A DNA stretch of 58,556 bases, taken from assembly GCF_001194135.2 (NCBI RefSeq), contig NC_069002.1:16856232-16914787 (forward strand), read 5' to 3'. A program made the translations under genes and the position numbers. How positions within the stretch are numbered: position 1 is the stretch's first letter; each line of letters opens with the position of its first letter. Shown here one piece after another: positions 1-13,205 of the stretch. The stretch comes from Octopus bimaculoides (lineage: Eukaryota). The notes below the pieces were generated by a model. The model did no database searches, was not told the DNA's origin, and saw only the letters and a list, made by a program, of their open reading frames with translations.

Positions 1-600
1 CCTACACACCAGAATACCCCCACCTCGGCACTCTCAACTACACGCACCACTATACACACACCCATCACTCACTTAACACACCATTACACACACACCCGCA
101 ACACCTTCCCACTCCACTCACACTTCTCAGCATCTACATCCTCACACACCATCATCCACACACACACACAATCTTCAATAGCGTCACCACACATACCACT
201 ATATGAGCAGCCACACACTGTTTAACTCAGTACACGCACTACACGCCATCATGCACACTCTTACATCCACACAAGCACATAATACCTGAAGACAGACAAT
301 ATATACATATACACACATACACACACACACACGCCACACGCATAAATACACGCAACACAGATTGACAAAGATAACTTTCACCCACATACATACACTATAC
401 ACATGCATACACTATTTGGTCACAATGACACACGCATATGTACACACACCACGTGAAAAAGCACACATTACGTGCTACACACAACACACACACATACACA
501 CATACACACACACGTTACACACGCACACACATAAAACTCATTCGCCCCCATTCACAAGAACACACATACCATTCTCATATACACACACACAACGCTTGCG
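1..600. repeat. Degenerate (CA)n-rich low-complexity tract
   Basis: Continuous cacacac-type sequence; the overlapping His/Thr-rich ORFs are repeat translations. Confidence 0.85.
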
Positions 601-1429
601 CACTCCCTCTTGTTGGGATCACCATGAATTATCTCCCCTTCATTCAACCTCCCTTTCATGTAACCTCTTTTTCCAATCANNNNNNNNNNNNNNNNNNNNN
701 NNNNNNNNNNNNNNNNNNNNNNNNNNNNNNNNNNNNNNNNNNNNNNNNNNNNNNNNNNNNNNNNNNNNNNNNNNNNNNNNNNNNNNNNNNNNNNNNNNNN
801 NNNNNNNNNNNNNNNNNNNNNNNNNNNNNNNNNNNNNNNNNNNNNNNNNNNNNNNNNNNNNNNNNNNNNNNNNNNNNNNNNNNNNNNNNNNNNNNNNNNN
901 NNNNNNNNNNNNNNNNNNNNNNNNNNNNNNNNNNNNNNNNNNNNNNNNNNNNNNNNNNNNNNNNNNNNNNNNNNNNNNNNNNNNNNNNNNNNNNNNNNNN
1001 NNNNNNNNNNNNNNNNNNNNNNNNNNNNNNNNNNNNNNNNNNNNNNNNNNNNNNNNNNNNNNNNNNNNNNNNNNNNNNNNNNNNNNNNNNNNNNNNNNNN
1101 NNNNNNNNNNNNNNNNNNNNNNNNNNNNNNNNNNNNNNNNNNNNNNNNNNNNNNNNNNNNNNNNNNNNNNNNNNNNNNNNNNNNNNNNNNNNNNNNNNNN
1201 NNNNNNNNNNNNNNNNNNNNNNNNNNNNNNNNNNNNNNNNNNNNNNNNNNNNNNNNNNNNNNNNNNNNNNNNNNNNNNNNNNNNNNNNNNNNNNNNNNNN
1301 NNNNNNNNNNNNNNNNNNNNNNNNNNNNNNNNNNNNNNNNNNNNNNNNNNNNNNNNNNNNNNNNNNNNNNNNNNNNNNNNNNNNNNNNNNNNNNNNNNNN
1401 NNNNNNNNNNNNNNNNCAACAAAACTTAA

Positions 1430-1455
1430 TAATAATAAAAACAACAACAACAACA

Positions 1456-1523
<68 letters not shown>
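1430..1523. repeat. (AAT)n/(AAC)n microsatellite
   Basis: Direct reading. Confidence 0.95.
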
Positions 1524-1524
<1 letters not shown>

Positions 1525-1654
1525 TACTTTTTCATTTTTATCATCCCATCATATGTAAACCCTCACATTTTATGTCTGTCTTTGTATTGTCCCCCTGGTA
1601 GTAAATAAAAGAAATCATTATTATTATTAACAACATCATTATTATTATTATTAT

Positions 1655-2083
1655 TGAAGTAGTTGTATGCTGTCAACTTAATGTGACAGTCCCCCGAAGG
1701 GAATAATACTACTGTTGGTTAGACCTAGGAAGCTGCACCGCTTCCTGCCGGCCTTGACACATTTTCTGTGTCTTTATGTTTACCAGGGGGAGACAAGCAC
1801 CTCCACGCAGCTAACCCTGCATCCAGAGACATGTTTCTGAGTCTTTGCATCTTCGACTAGCAGGTCATGCTACTCCAGACTGAGGACGAACAAAGACTCA
1901 GAAACATGTCTCTGGATGCAGGATTAGCTGAGTGGAGGTGCTTGTCTCCCCCTTGTAAACATAAGGACACAGGAAATGTGTCAAGGCCGACAGGAAGCGG
2001 TGCAGCTTCCTAGGTCTAACCAACAGTAGTATTATTCCCTTCAGGGGACTGTCACATGAAGTTGACAGCATACAACTACTTCA
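1655..2083. repeat. Long inverted repeat (fold-back): 193-bp arms, 43-nt spacer
   Basis: 1655-1847 is the reverse complement of 1891-2083 with 8 substitutions and no indels by manual alignment. Confidence 0.95.
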
Positions 2084-2138
2084 TCGTATCACGACTGCAT
2101 AAATCTCTCTGCGAGATTTACAAATGTATTATTTCTAA

Positions 2139-2191
<53 letters not shown>

Positions 2192-2846
2192 CATTTCTAC
2201 TAAAGACACAAGGGCTGAAGTTTNNNNNNNNNNNNNNNNNNNNNNNNNNNNNNNNNNNNNNNNNNNNNNNNNNNNNNNNNNNNNNNNNNNNNNNNNNNNN
2301 NNNNNNNNNNNNNNNNNNNNNNNNNNNNNNNNNNNNNNNNNNNNNNNNNNNNNNNNNNNNNNNNNNNNNNNNNNNNNNNNNNNNNNNNNNNNNNNNNNNN
2401 NNNNNNNNNNNNNNNNNNNNNNNNNNNNNNNNNNNNNNNNNNNNNNNNNNNNNNNNNNNNNNNNNNNNNNNNNNNNNNNNNNNNNNNNNNNNNNNNNNNN
2501 NNNNNNNNNNNNNNNNNNNNNNNNNNNNNNNNNNNNNNNNNNNNNNNNNNNNNNNNNNNNNNNNNNNNNNNNNNNNNNNNNNNNNNNNNNNNNNNNNNNN
2601 NNNNNNNNNNNNNNNNNNNNNNNNNNNNNNNNNNNNNNNNNNNNNNNNNNNNNNNNNNNNNNNNNNNNNNNNNNNNNNNNNNNNNNNNNNNNNNNNNNNN
2701 NNNNNNNNNNNNNNNNNNNNNNNNNNNNNNNNNNNNNNNNNNNNNNNNNNNNNNNNNNNNNNNNNNNNNNNNNNNNNNNNNNNNNNNNNNNNNNNNNNNN
2801 NNNNNNNNNNNNNNNNNNNNNNNNNNNNNNNNNNNNNNNNNNNNNN

Positions 2847-2990
2847 GAACTGACAGAACTTTTATCTCGCCCGGCGAAATGCTTATTGGTATTTCGTACG
2901 TTTTCGGGTTCTGAGCTCAAATTCCGCAAAGGCCGACTTAGGCTTTCATCCCTTCGGGATCGATAAAATACTTACTAATTGATGTAATCT
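2847..2990 (+). mobile_element. SINE family B copy (tRNA-like head), 3'-degenerate
   Basis: ctgacagaac...ttctgagctcaaattccgc...ggctttcatcccttcgggatcgataaaatac matches the copies at 37250 and 52180. Confidence 0.75.
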
Positions 2991-3339
2991 ATGTAACTAC
3001 TTCGGAGTAAGAGTACAAAAATTGCACCTCTCTGCCAAGCCACGTTAAATTACCTATGTGGCAGAGTAGGCTCAACAACAAACCGATTTATCTGAAGCTC
3101 GGATTCACAGCCTCTACATCACACAAGGTTGGTGTAGAGAACATATTGAGGCCTTCGTCCTACAATGGACTGAACGTAAGCAATCCGATCCAATCCCAAT
3201 GTTTGCGAATGTGCGTTCACAAGTGCTTGTGTGAGTGTATAAAGTTCTGTTTTTTTAAAGTAGAGCTATATCTAAAATCAGTTGAACATTATATTCGAGT
3301 ATGACAATACCTCTTCACGGGAGAGTCATATATACTTTG

Positions 3340-3565
3340 ACAGTTTGTGTATGTATGTACGTATTTGTGTACATGTACCTATTTGTCCACGTGTATGTGT
3401 GTATGAATTCATGCGTGTATGTATGTGGATATTTACGTGTGTATGTATGTATATCTATGTGTGCGAGCGTGTGTGTGTTTGTATATGTGTGTGTCTGTGT
3501 GTGTGTATCCGTGTACGAATGTATGTACCTGCGTATGCACGTATGTATGCATATATATATGTATG

Positions 3566-3634
<69 letters not shown>

Positions 3635-3987
3635 GTATGTATGGATGGATGTATATGTATATATATACATACATATATATGTATACACACGTATATACAT
3701 ATATATATATATATGTATATACACGTATAACCACACACACATACACTCATACATATACACATTCGTACACAAACTTTCGACCTTGTCCTGGTAAAATTAA
3801 AGAAACATGAGACTTTACGGAAAATCATTGAGTGACCCTTTGACAGTTCTCTATATTTAGCTTCACATAAATATAAAATTTCATACATTGTTCAGTGTAT
3901 ATATGTAGATATATACACAAACATATGCATATATATACATATATATTATGTATGTATATGTGTATGCGCACACTTTTACGTCTGTGC

Positions 3988-4034
<47 letters not shown>

Positions 4035-4089
4035 TATATATATACATATATGTATATATATGTATCTATAAATACATACATACATATAT
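3340..4089. repeat. Compound (TG)n/(TA)n/(TATG)n microsatellite cluster
   Basis: Direct reading; source of the Y/I/V/C-rich pseudo-ORFs. Confidence 0.95.
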
Positions 4090-4407
4090 NNNNNNNNNNN
4101 NNNNNNNNNNNNNNNNNNNNNNNNNNNNNNNNNNNNNNNNNNNNNNNNNNNNNNNNNNNNNNNNNNNNNNNNNNNNNNNNNNNNNNNNNNNNNNNNNNNN
4201 NNNNNNNNNNNNNNNNNNNNNNNNNNNNNNNNNNNNNNNNNNNNNNNNNNNNNNNNNNNNNNNNNNNNNNNNNNNNNNNNNNNNNNNNNNNNNNNNNNNN
4301 NNNNNNNNNNNNNNNNNNNNNNNNNNNNNNNNNNNNNNNNNNNNNNNNNNNNNNNNNNNNNNNNNNNNNNNNNNNNNNNNNNNNNNNNNNNNNNNNNNNN
4401 NNNNNNN

Positions 4408-4753
4408 ACATTTGTATAAACAAACTTTGGAAGCGTCGAATGTGGTTGGTATTTTATAGAAAAGAAAGTAAATTTCGAGCGCAGTATAGCCATGAAAACA
4501 GCAGGAAAATTGGGCGCTTCACCCTTTAGAAACAGAAAGAATGTTGCCAGCAGACAGCCACAGGACTCGATCTTGTATCCCTCAGATACCGGCTGAGTAC
4601 TCAACCATTAAGCTAAACGGCCAGCTGACAATAATTACCGTCAATAGCTTGTGGAATGTGACAACATTTGTATAAACAAACTTTGGAAGCGTCGAATGTG
4701 GTTGGTATTTTATAGAAAAGAAAGTAAATTTCGAGCGCAGTATAGCCATGAAA
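4408..4753. repeat. Identical 90-bp direct repeat, 256-bp period
   Basis: acatttgtataaac...gccatgaaa at 4408-4497 and 4664-4753; the first copy abuts an N gap. Confidence 0.9.
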
Positions 4754-5469
4754 CCAAGCAAAAGGCTTGGGCATTGTAACCTCATACGACAACAACATTT
4801 TACCGTCTAAAAAGGGTAAAATACCCAATCTTTCTACTGTTTGAAATTTACTTTCTTGTCTGTAAAATACTAAACATATTCGACACTTCTTAAGTTTGTT
4901 TATAAAATGTTGTCATATAGTTTACTGTACACAGTCTATCGTTACGGGTTACTGAAGAAATGATCTAGGTAGGTTTTGAAAAACGCCTAGTGTCTCCAAC
5001 TAATCTTGAGACTCTGGGTACATGGACAATACAAGTTACAAATCAGGATTGTAGAACAAAAGAAATCACATGAAAAAAAAAAACGAAATAAAGGTGGGTG
5101 TTCAAAAGGTGGAAAGAAAGACGAAAAAAGAAAGCGTCGTAAGGTTTGGAGAACTAACACAAGGGGTCTAACATCTACGATACCACTCTCAATCCGGAGA
5201 AGGAGATGCTCTCCAAATTGCTAGAAGTAACTGGTCCATATGTTTGCATTTGCTGAAAATTTCTGATCTGGAATTCAGTAGTGCGGCTTTAATTCTTAGA
5301 TCTTAAAAGGATTTATGATCTTTCGGCTACACATAACTTGCATTTTTTGATCCATTAACATATGGCATGAATTTTTCTACGATTTTTCACTTGATTATAT
5401 CAGGCGTGGAGTTGGTCTGCAACCTCCATGCGTGGCAAGCCAACTGAATGGTTTTATCTTGTCCGTGTA

Positions 5470-5730
5470 TGTGCATCAGAATGCATGTGTATACATAAAT
5501 GTATGAATGTATGTTTGTATATATGTATTATGTGTATGCATGTGTGTGTGTATGCATATATATATATATGTACACATACATATATATGCATACACACATA
5601 CATGCATACACATACATACGTACGTACATACGTACATACATACATACATACATACATACATACATACATTCATACATACATACATACATATATGTATTCA
5701 CATGCACACTGACGCACACACATGCGCACG
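5470..5730. repeat. (TACA)n/(TG)n microsatellite
   Basis: Direct reading. Confidence 0.9.
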
Positions 5731-5953
5731 AAAATTTTTCACAAAAAGAACAGACGGTCAACGAATATTGAAAAGATTGCAAGACGCAGCGAAAATTTTA
5801 GAAAAAATGAATAGCTAAATGAGTGAAAATCGAACCGGTGAATGTGTTATAATAATAAGGCACTAAAAGAGACTGACTCTCTCCAGACACAATAAAATAT
5901 GCTTCAACACACGAATTCACATAAAGAATTTGCAAACCAAATACAAAATTGAA

Positions 5954-5991
<38 letters not shown>

Positions 5992-6639
5992 TCTTACATG
6001 CACATTCATACTTACATGTATACGTACAGATATGTGTGTCTACGTCTTCTTTGGTGTGTATGTTTCTCTATCTGTGTGTGTGTGTGTGTGTGTGTGTGAA
6101 AAATATGAGTGGATGTTGAAAATGTGCTTAATATTCATTCTATATACTGACAGAGAAATTCTTTTGGCTATATACATATACGTGTGTATGTGTGAGTCTA
6201 AAACCTACTGTAGCTTCATACATTGTATATTTGCAATATATGCATTTTTAAATATGTATGTGTGTGTAGAATTTTATATGCAGATGCACTGCCTTAAAGG
6301 TCCCGTTTTTAAACATCCCTTCTTGTAAATACAGTAATAAATCTTAATTTTTTCTTAAACATCTAAATTTTAGTTTCTAAGAGTTGTGAGAAAATATTTA
6401 ATATACTGTACTAGAAGACTCCACGATCATGGCAATAAGGGCAGCATATAAATGAATAGGAAGAGTAACTGCAGTATGCTCTTAATAGAAATTTTCAAAT
6501 ATTCTGAACGTAAGGGATCTGCTCCCTATAAATACATTTTCTTTATCACTTTATTTATGATTTAATTACCCAAAATTCTCTAATGAAATGTAATTAAGAC
6601 TCACATTATTGCAGATCTCCAAATCGCTAACTCGAATAT

Positions 6640-6920
6640 TAATGCTGTTTGTGTGTCTACTTGACGAAGTCGTTTCCTAAGAATAATTTCGTTTAATAAA
6701 CCTAAAATCGATATCTAACATTGGCAGAAGTGATTCATCGATTAGGATAGCGACTGACACGTCTACGTGAAATTTTGGAGAATTATGTTTCTTCTGTCCT
6801 GACAGACATGGGCTGACCACATCGTGGCAGATCAGTCATTGTAACTGTACTCCATCTCTTGTTAAACAGCAAATATATCAACTGTCCTCCCGGTTGGTGA
6901 ATTATCTCTGGACTCTTTCC
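6640..6920 (-). mobile_element. Decayed Tc1/mariner transposase N-terminal remnant
   Basis: Minus frame TDLPRCGQPMSVRTEE resembles the DxPRSGRPxxxxTEEN motif; IILRKRL downstream resembles RILRKxL; stops present. Confidence 0.4.
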
Positions 6921-6980
6921 TGCACTATTATTAAAGTGAAATTAGTGCGGTGTTATGATGTAATTGATATATAGTTATAT

Positions 6981-7032
<52 letters not shown>

Positions 7033-8130
7033 ATATAAATACATATATTTCTGAAATATTATAAAATATCATTATACTAATTAAATATAGATGGAGACTG
7101 AAGGAGTAAAGGAACGATTACTTCGTGGAAGTAGGGTAGTCTTAGACGCAGTATGGCCCCATCTCTACGCCCTACAATGCACAAGGCTCTATGGTAATTA
7201 TTTATTGATAGCAAGTCACAGCATACAGAGATCAGAATTAGGCCTCTAGACCCGTGAGCGCCCACACCCCAGCAACTGCCTAGTGGGTCTATGGCATAGC
7301 ATGGACGAGCCATTTTTTGTCATTTTAAGACCCACAAGAACTGTCCAAATTGTAATGGAACTGTATTAGAGTCCAAGACGTAGATTTGTGGCAAACACTG
7401 TTATCACCCTAAAAAGTAATAAAAAGTGAATTCGACATTTTTGCATGTTTTGCATTTTTACTTTCTTCCTTTTTATTTTTTCATTCATCTCTTAAATCCG
7501 TTGTGTCATCAGAATATTGTGAAACGAAAGGAAAGAGAGAATGGCTAACAGATTCATGGAAGAAGGTTATTATACTTTCGGTGGTCAGAGTCACGTATAC
7601 AGAGCCGTAACATTGACTCACCACAGTGAGAACGTGGTGATTCCGCTAGCAATATATTGGTATCAGTTCAGTCCTGTTGTAGCATTGGAAGAATCCCTTC
7701 CAGTGTATCTTTGGTTCTTTAGGAAGACCTAGTTATTTAGGAAAACCTATTTAGGAAGACCTAGAAAGGACTATCCCTTTAAACATATAGCTTAGCGGTA
7801 TAAAAACCAGACTCCTGAGTGAGCCTTTTTATTCGAATATTGAAACAAAGAATGCAATGCAGATTTCTCCTGCCACCATCAGTCAAAGAGTTGACGGGAA
7901 TGTTGCTGGAAAAATTGCTTAAGATTCCACTAGAAATCATTAAACAGTTGTTTAAGTAGACAACTTGATAAATTGAAGTCGTTTTTCTTCAAAAGTCGAT
8001 CTACTCTATTTTATCTATAAACATGTTTTTAAAATGTTGCTTTAATTTTGTACAACACTTGCTTAGCTATCTCTCTAGTAAATCATCCATCTTTAAGTCA
8101 TCTCTCTTTCGTTCTACTGGTGATTCTTAG

Positions 8131-8198
<68 letters not shown>

Positions 8199-8719
8199 NN
8201 NNNNNNNNNNNNNNNNNNNNNNNNNNNNNNNNNNNNNNNNNNNNNNNNNNNNNNNNNNNNNNNNNNNNNNNNNNNNNNNNNNNNNNNNNNNNNNNNNNNN
8301 NNNNNNNNNNNNNNNNNNNNNNNNNNNNNNNNNNNNNNNNNNNNNNNNNNNNNNNNNNNNNNNNNNNNNNNNNNNNNNNNNNNNNNNNNNNNNNNNNNNN
8401 NNNNNNNNNNNNNNNNNNNNNNNNNNNNNNNNNNNNNNNNNNNNNNNNNNNNNNNNNNNNNNNNNNNNNNNNNNNNNNNNNNNNNNNNNNNNNNNNNNNN
8501 NNNNNNNNNNNNNNNNNNNNNNNNNNNNNNNNNNNNNNNNNNNNNNNNNNNNNNNNNNNNNNNNNNNNNNNNNNNNNNNNNNNNNNNNNNNNNNNNNNNN
8601 NNNNNNNNNNNNNNNNNNNNNNNNNNNNNNNNNNNNNNNNNNNNNNNNNNNNNNNNNNNNNNNNNNNNNNNNNNNNNNNNNNNNNNNNNNNNNNNNNNTA
8701 TATATATATATGTATGTAT

Positions 8720-8975
8720 GTATGTATTTATGTGTCTTTGGGTTCGTATTTGTTCCTCCTCACTACCACCAACACCACTGCTTGACAACCGGTGTTGTGT
8801 GTTTACGTCCCCGTAACTTAGCGATTTGGCAAAGGAGACCGATAGTATAAGTACCAGGCTTTAATAAAACAAGTACTGGGGTCGATTCATTCGACGAAAA
8901 AATATTCAAGGTAGTGCTCCAGCATGACCGCAGTCAAATGACTGAAACAAGTAAAAGAGTAAAGGACTGAAAGAA
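8720..8975 (+). mobile_element. SINE family A, 3' half
   Basis: gcttgacaaccgg...tttacgtccccgtaacttagc...gtgctccagcatgaccgcagtcaaatgactgaaacaagtaaaagag, shared with several copies in the window. Confidence 0.85.
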
Positions 8976-9051
8976 TGCACACACACACACACACACACNN
9001 NNNNNNNNNNNNNNNNNNNNNNNNNNNNNNNNNNNNNNNNNNNNNNNNNNN

Positions 9052-9087
<36 letters not shown>

Positions 9088-9789
9088 TATATACCCGCCC
9101 CCATATATGTATATTACTGTTCTTGTCCTCATTCACTAACTCGTTAATCCTTTGGTTTTAATTCTGATTCATTTACACACACACACAAACACACACACAC
9201 ACACACACAGTTTTCCTCCCCCAACTCTCAAAGCGACCATCTCTAAAACAGCAATTCCCATCACCCCCCTCACCCTCCAACCAATCTTGCTCTAGTTTTC
9301 ATTACTAATTCTGACCTTTTCTTTTCCTTCCGTAAGTTTCTCTTTCTTTCTTCTACCCTCAAACATTGGTCATTTCTTCTCCTTGTTTGCCCTCGTTTCC
9401 TCCTCTCACAATTTCTTCTCCTTCCTCGTCTTACATTTCTCATGGCAATATTTCAATTAACTCAGTGACATATTCCATAAAGCGATGACTGGCGACAGAA
9501 ATACTTCGCTTTATTTTGCTACTTAACATTCTGAGTTCAAATCAGGCCGAAGTCGGTTTGGCTTTCAACCATGTTTGGTCGAGAAAATAAATTACCAGTC
9601 AACTACAGAGGACAATGTATTTAGTTATACACTCCTCAACCTAAACTAAGTAAAACATCGATCGAGTAGTAAACAATATTGTGTTGCAGAAAATAACGAA
9701 ATAATGAAAATAATCTTAGAGAAAATAATGAAATAATGAAAATAATAAAAATAATCTTAGAGCAAAAAATTAAGTTGCTTCTCTATGAC

Positions 9790-10060
9790 ATAGAGGGTAT
9801 GTGTAAGATTAAGACAAAGGAGGTAGATAAAACTGGTACGCCACACAACCAGCCCCAGTGTGGTGTCGAAGTACACAGGAAAGAGAAATAATGCTCATGG
9901 TTAGAGATATTGACCCTTGATTTGTTGTCAACTTTACAAGTAGGACAGGTAATGAGCCCGGAGTTGACCCGTAACACCATGCTTTGCATGGACATCCTGG
10001 TTCTGATGATTCCCAAAGACTATTTCATGGTTGTACCCCATTGTAGGAGCGGAGAGAAAT
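9790..10060 (+). mobile_element. Possible heavily decayed LTR-retrotransposon (Copia-like) integrase remnant
   Basis: Across frameshifts: KTGTPHNQPQCGVE (cf. TxPYTPQQNGVAE), EREIMLMVR, NFTSRT...HG.PG..SQRLFHGC (cf. NxLINRT...GxKPxLSHLRVFGC). Confidence 0.3.
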
Positions 10061-10854
10061 TCAGTCAAACTGATGATGATATAGAGCAACAAACCAAGTT
10101 GCTACATGTTTGGAAATAAGAGCCACATGAGGGTGATGTCGGCATACAACAACAGAGACAAAATACAAGTTCTCTATGATAATGATCATGGTTGCCACTG
10201 TTGCAATCGCTGGTGCTCATGCTATATTCCTTTTTGGCTGAAGATGAAGAAAGCAAGAGAGTAGAAAATCCCCTGGTTCTTACATGTTATCATGTCCTCT
10301 TCTAGCATAAGGTCGGTAAATGGCTCCGAGCAGATGTTTCACCTTCCAGAGTTGGGTTGGAGATGGGGACTAGAGAAAGTCGAGAAACAATCAAAGACAA
10401 TAAGAAAAGAGAGACAAAGATCTATGAACCCGGACTGAAATCATCTGCGAAAATTAATTGGGGAAGAAATAATGATAAATATCAGAAACTCAAAAGTAAC
10501 ACGCTAAAGACTTCAACACTTAATGAAAACTTCAACACTTTAGATAGAAATAGTGAAGTGTTTCTCTGAGAATATAGCAGACTTCAGGTTTAGTCAAATA
10601 TGCTTTCGTCTGAATTCAGGAGAATTTTTCTCCCCCACATGCATGTCTTTTACTAAACTTTTAGCCTGTTTCATTGTAATATGTAACGTTTTACTTTCTC
10701 GACTCCGTTCATTATATATGTACATCGCAAAATTTTGGTATTATAGGCTTTGCTTTGTACAACAGGCTTGTGTTGTATATTTGAACCTTTAAAACAAAAA
10801 AAAAAACAAACAAACGGAATGATGATGATGACCATCATGATCATGATTATATGC

Positions 10855-11030
10855 AGAAATGACAACACAACTAAGGACGAACTATATGAAGTGCAGAGTT
10901 GACAATTAATGGACGAAGGGCAGTATGTGAAGTGCAGTATTGACAACACAACAGAGAGCGACATGGAGAATTGACAATTAATGGACGAAATATGTGAAGT
11001 GCAGTATTGACAACATAACAGTGGGCGACA
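10855..11030. repeat. Irregular minisatellite (tatgtgaagtgcagtattgacaa / gacaattaatggacgaa modules)
   Basis: Two to three diverged copies of each module visible. Confidence 0.7.
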
Positions 11031-11059
11031 AACGCAGAATTCGTGGTGATATGGGTGAA

Positions 11060-11160
11060 ACGGTACCAGTTGAGCACTTGGGTCAATGTAATCGACTTGT
11101 CTCACCCACCCCCCCTCTAAATTGTTAACTGTGCCAAAATTTCAAACCATTATTATTATT
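11060..11160 (+). mobile_element. SINE family B, 3' part with (TTA)n tail
   Basis: gtaccagttgagcacttgggtcaatgtaatcgact...gtgccaaaatttcaaacc attattatt. Confidence 0.7.
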
Positions 11161-11169
11161 ACTACTATT

Positions 11170-13205
11170 CATATACACTCAACAGATTAGACTGTCGGAA
11201 AAGAAATGAATCCTAACATTGGGCTACAACAATTAGCCTTAGATGCCAAGAACGCTCCTATTGGGTTACAGCAAGTAACTGTAGATGTCAAGAACCCAAC
11301 TAAGTACCTTAGCTGTCCCTAATAACACTGTTTCTGAAACTGTATTGAACTGGGTTTTATGCCTATTTTCTCTGTCCATCTTTTCAAATCTGTAGGGAAA
11401 GTTCCTAATGCACCTATAACTACTGAGATACACTTTACCCGCCCCTTTCCATAGTCTCTGTAATTTAATAGCTAAGTCCTGGTACTTTGCTATTTTTTCT
11501 ATACTTTTCATATTAATTTTTTCATCATTTGAGACAGTAAAGTCAATTATCTGGCACTTTCTAATCTCTTTATCTACTACTACCAAATCAGGCCTTCTAG
11601 CTTCTATGACTCTACCAGTCTGAATGTTAAAGTCTCACTTTACTAGGTTCATGTTCATACCATTTATCAGTGTGTTCAAATTCTAGTTTTCTACAAAACT
11701 CCCAATCTTTTCTTGTATTCTTTCTGTGCCTGCATGCTTTCTATATGAGTAATACTTTCCTCTTTTGATTAACATAATCTGCATTGGAGATCTACTTGGT
11801 TTTTATCTATTTTGGCTTATACCCACTTAGTCCCTAATGCTAGATCTTGTGCAGCTTTTCCTTCTGCAGCCATAACCATGTCTCACTACTACTATTTGTT
11901 GAAACTATCTTTGGAAATCTACCATGCAATGCCTTCTCCTGCCAGTCAGATAATTTCTGTTCTTTTTTCCGATTTTTAAGTTCGTTTCGCGTTTTGATTT
12001 GTGACACTAACAGCTTTTAATAAACTTTCTAGATAGGTATAACCTTGTTACTTTTGCCCTTGAGTGGAATCCTCCATTCATATTGAATTCCTTTCTAGTT
12101 CTTCTGCCTAGCTTTGCTATTTCAGTTTTTGCCCAGTCTACAAAAGTTGCTGAGTAAATAATGATACTGCCCAAGTACTTACAACCTTCACTAGATTCCG
12201 ACTATTTAGCTTTGACTTCATTAGCTTCCTCACTTTTCTGATGTACTCTTTCGCAATTTTTGGTTTCATTTCTATAGTTAATACTCTGTCAGATACTAAC
12301 ACGCCTAGATACTAATAACTCTCTCCGCCTTTCAATGGTTTTAATGTCTGGCCATCTGGTAATTGGTTACCTTCGCTGTTGACTACCTGTCCCCTTGTCA
12401 TGCCTGATATTGCACACTTATCTATGCCAAATTCCATACCTGTATCTTTGCTGAAGAGTCTTATAGCATGTATTAAAGAATCTGTCTCTTTTTCATTCTT
12501 ACTAAAAAATTTCAGGTCATCCATGTAGAGCAAATGGTTAATTTTTCCATTACTATTTCTGAACTGATACCCTGCCTTTGCCTTCCTTAATAAACTGGGT
12601 GGTATCAAGCATAAGACAAATATTAAAGGGGACAACGAATCCCCTTTGAAAATTCCTCTTTTAATATTTACTTTCCCTGAGAGTGTGTCACCTGAATATA
12701 GATCTACTTTCCATTTATTCATGCAAAAGCTAATTAATTCTTTTATATTGTCTGCTATACTAAATATATTCAAACATTCACTTATCCATGAGTGTAGGAT
12801 CATATCATAGACTTTCCTATAATCTATCTATGCTATTGTTAGATTTTTCTTTCTATCTTTTATTAAATTTGGAACTGCTTTGTCTATATATAATGGACCA
12901 TGCGTTCCTCTAGCCTTCTCCGGCAACATTTCTGTTATTCTGAGAGTAACTTTGGTTTTCAAGGTAAATGCTTTCTGAAAGCATACCTGTTAAAAGTTTC
13001 CACACTAATGATAAGCAAGTGATTGGTCCTTAATTGCTAGCTGTATTACCCTTGCTCTTATCCTTCATAATGAGTATTGTCCTCCTTCTAGTCATCCAAT
13101 CTGGTATTATTCCTCCATTAAGGCAATCCTGAAGTTGTTCCCTCAACCTCCCATGTAATCTACTGAATTTCTTTAGCCAGTAAAACCTGGTCCTGGGCCC
13201 TTCCA
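11170..13205 (-). mobile_element. R4/Dong-clade non-LTR retrotransposon, 5'-truncated and degenerate (RT, CCHC, restriction-like endonuclease, 3' UTR)
   Basis: ORF 12312-12803: VNIKRGIFKGDSLSP and HLLYMDDLK; CRLC..KEESITHI zinc motif; ARRPDLVVVD..IIDF..EKIAKYQDL endonuclease; AAT-type tracts at both ends; many stops and frameshifts. Confidence 0.9.

Noticed and set aside
1848-1890. ctgagga-cgaa in the fold-back loop as a hammerhead core
   Set aside because: No stem II and no GAAA box
5740-5818. Peptide DGQRILKRLQDAAKILEKMNS* as a terminal exon
   Set aside because: No polypyrimidine tract before the AG and no recognisable homology
7077-7732. Short ORFs at 7077-7313 (-) and 7541-7732 (+)
   Set aside because: No motifs recognised; candidate exon boundaries give stops in all frames
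7850-7920. ISPATISQRVD as an hAT transposase motif
   Set aside because: Too short, with no neighbouring motifs
9690-11030. Short tandem units (9690-9770 and 10855-11030) as a CRISPR-like array
   Set aside because: Irregular degenerate units without unique spacers, in eukaryotic context
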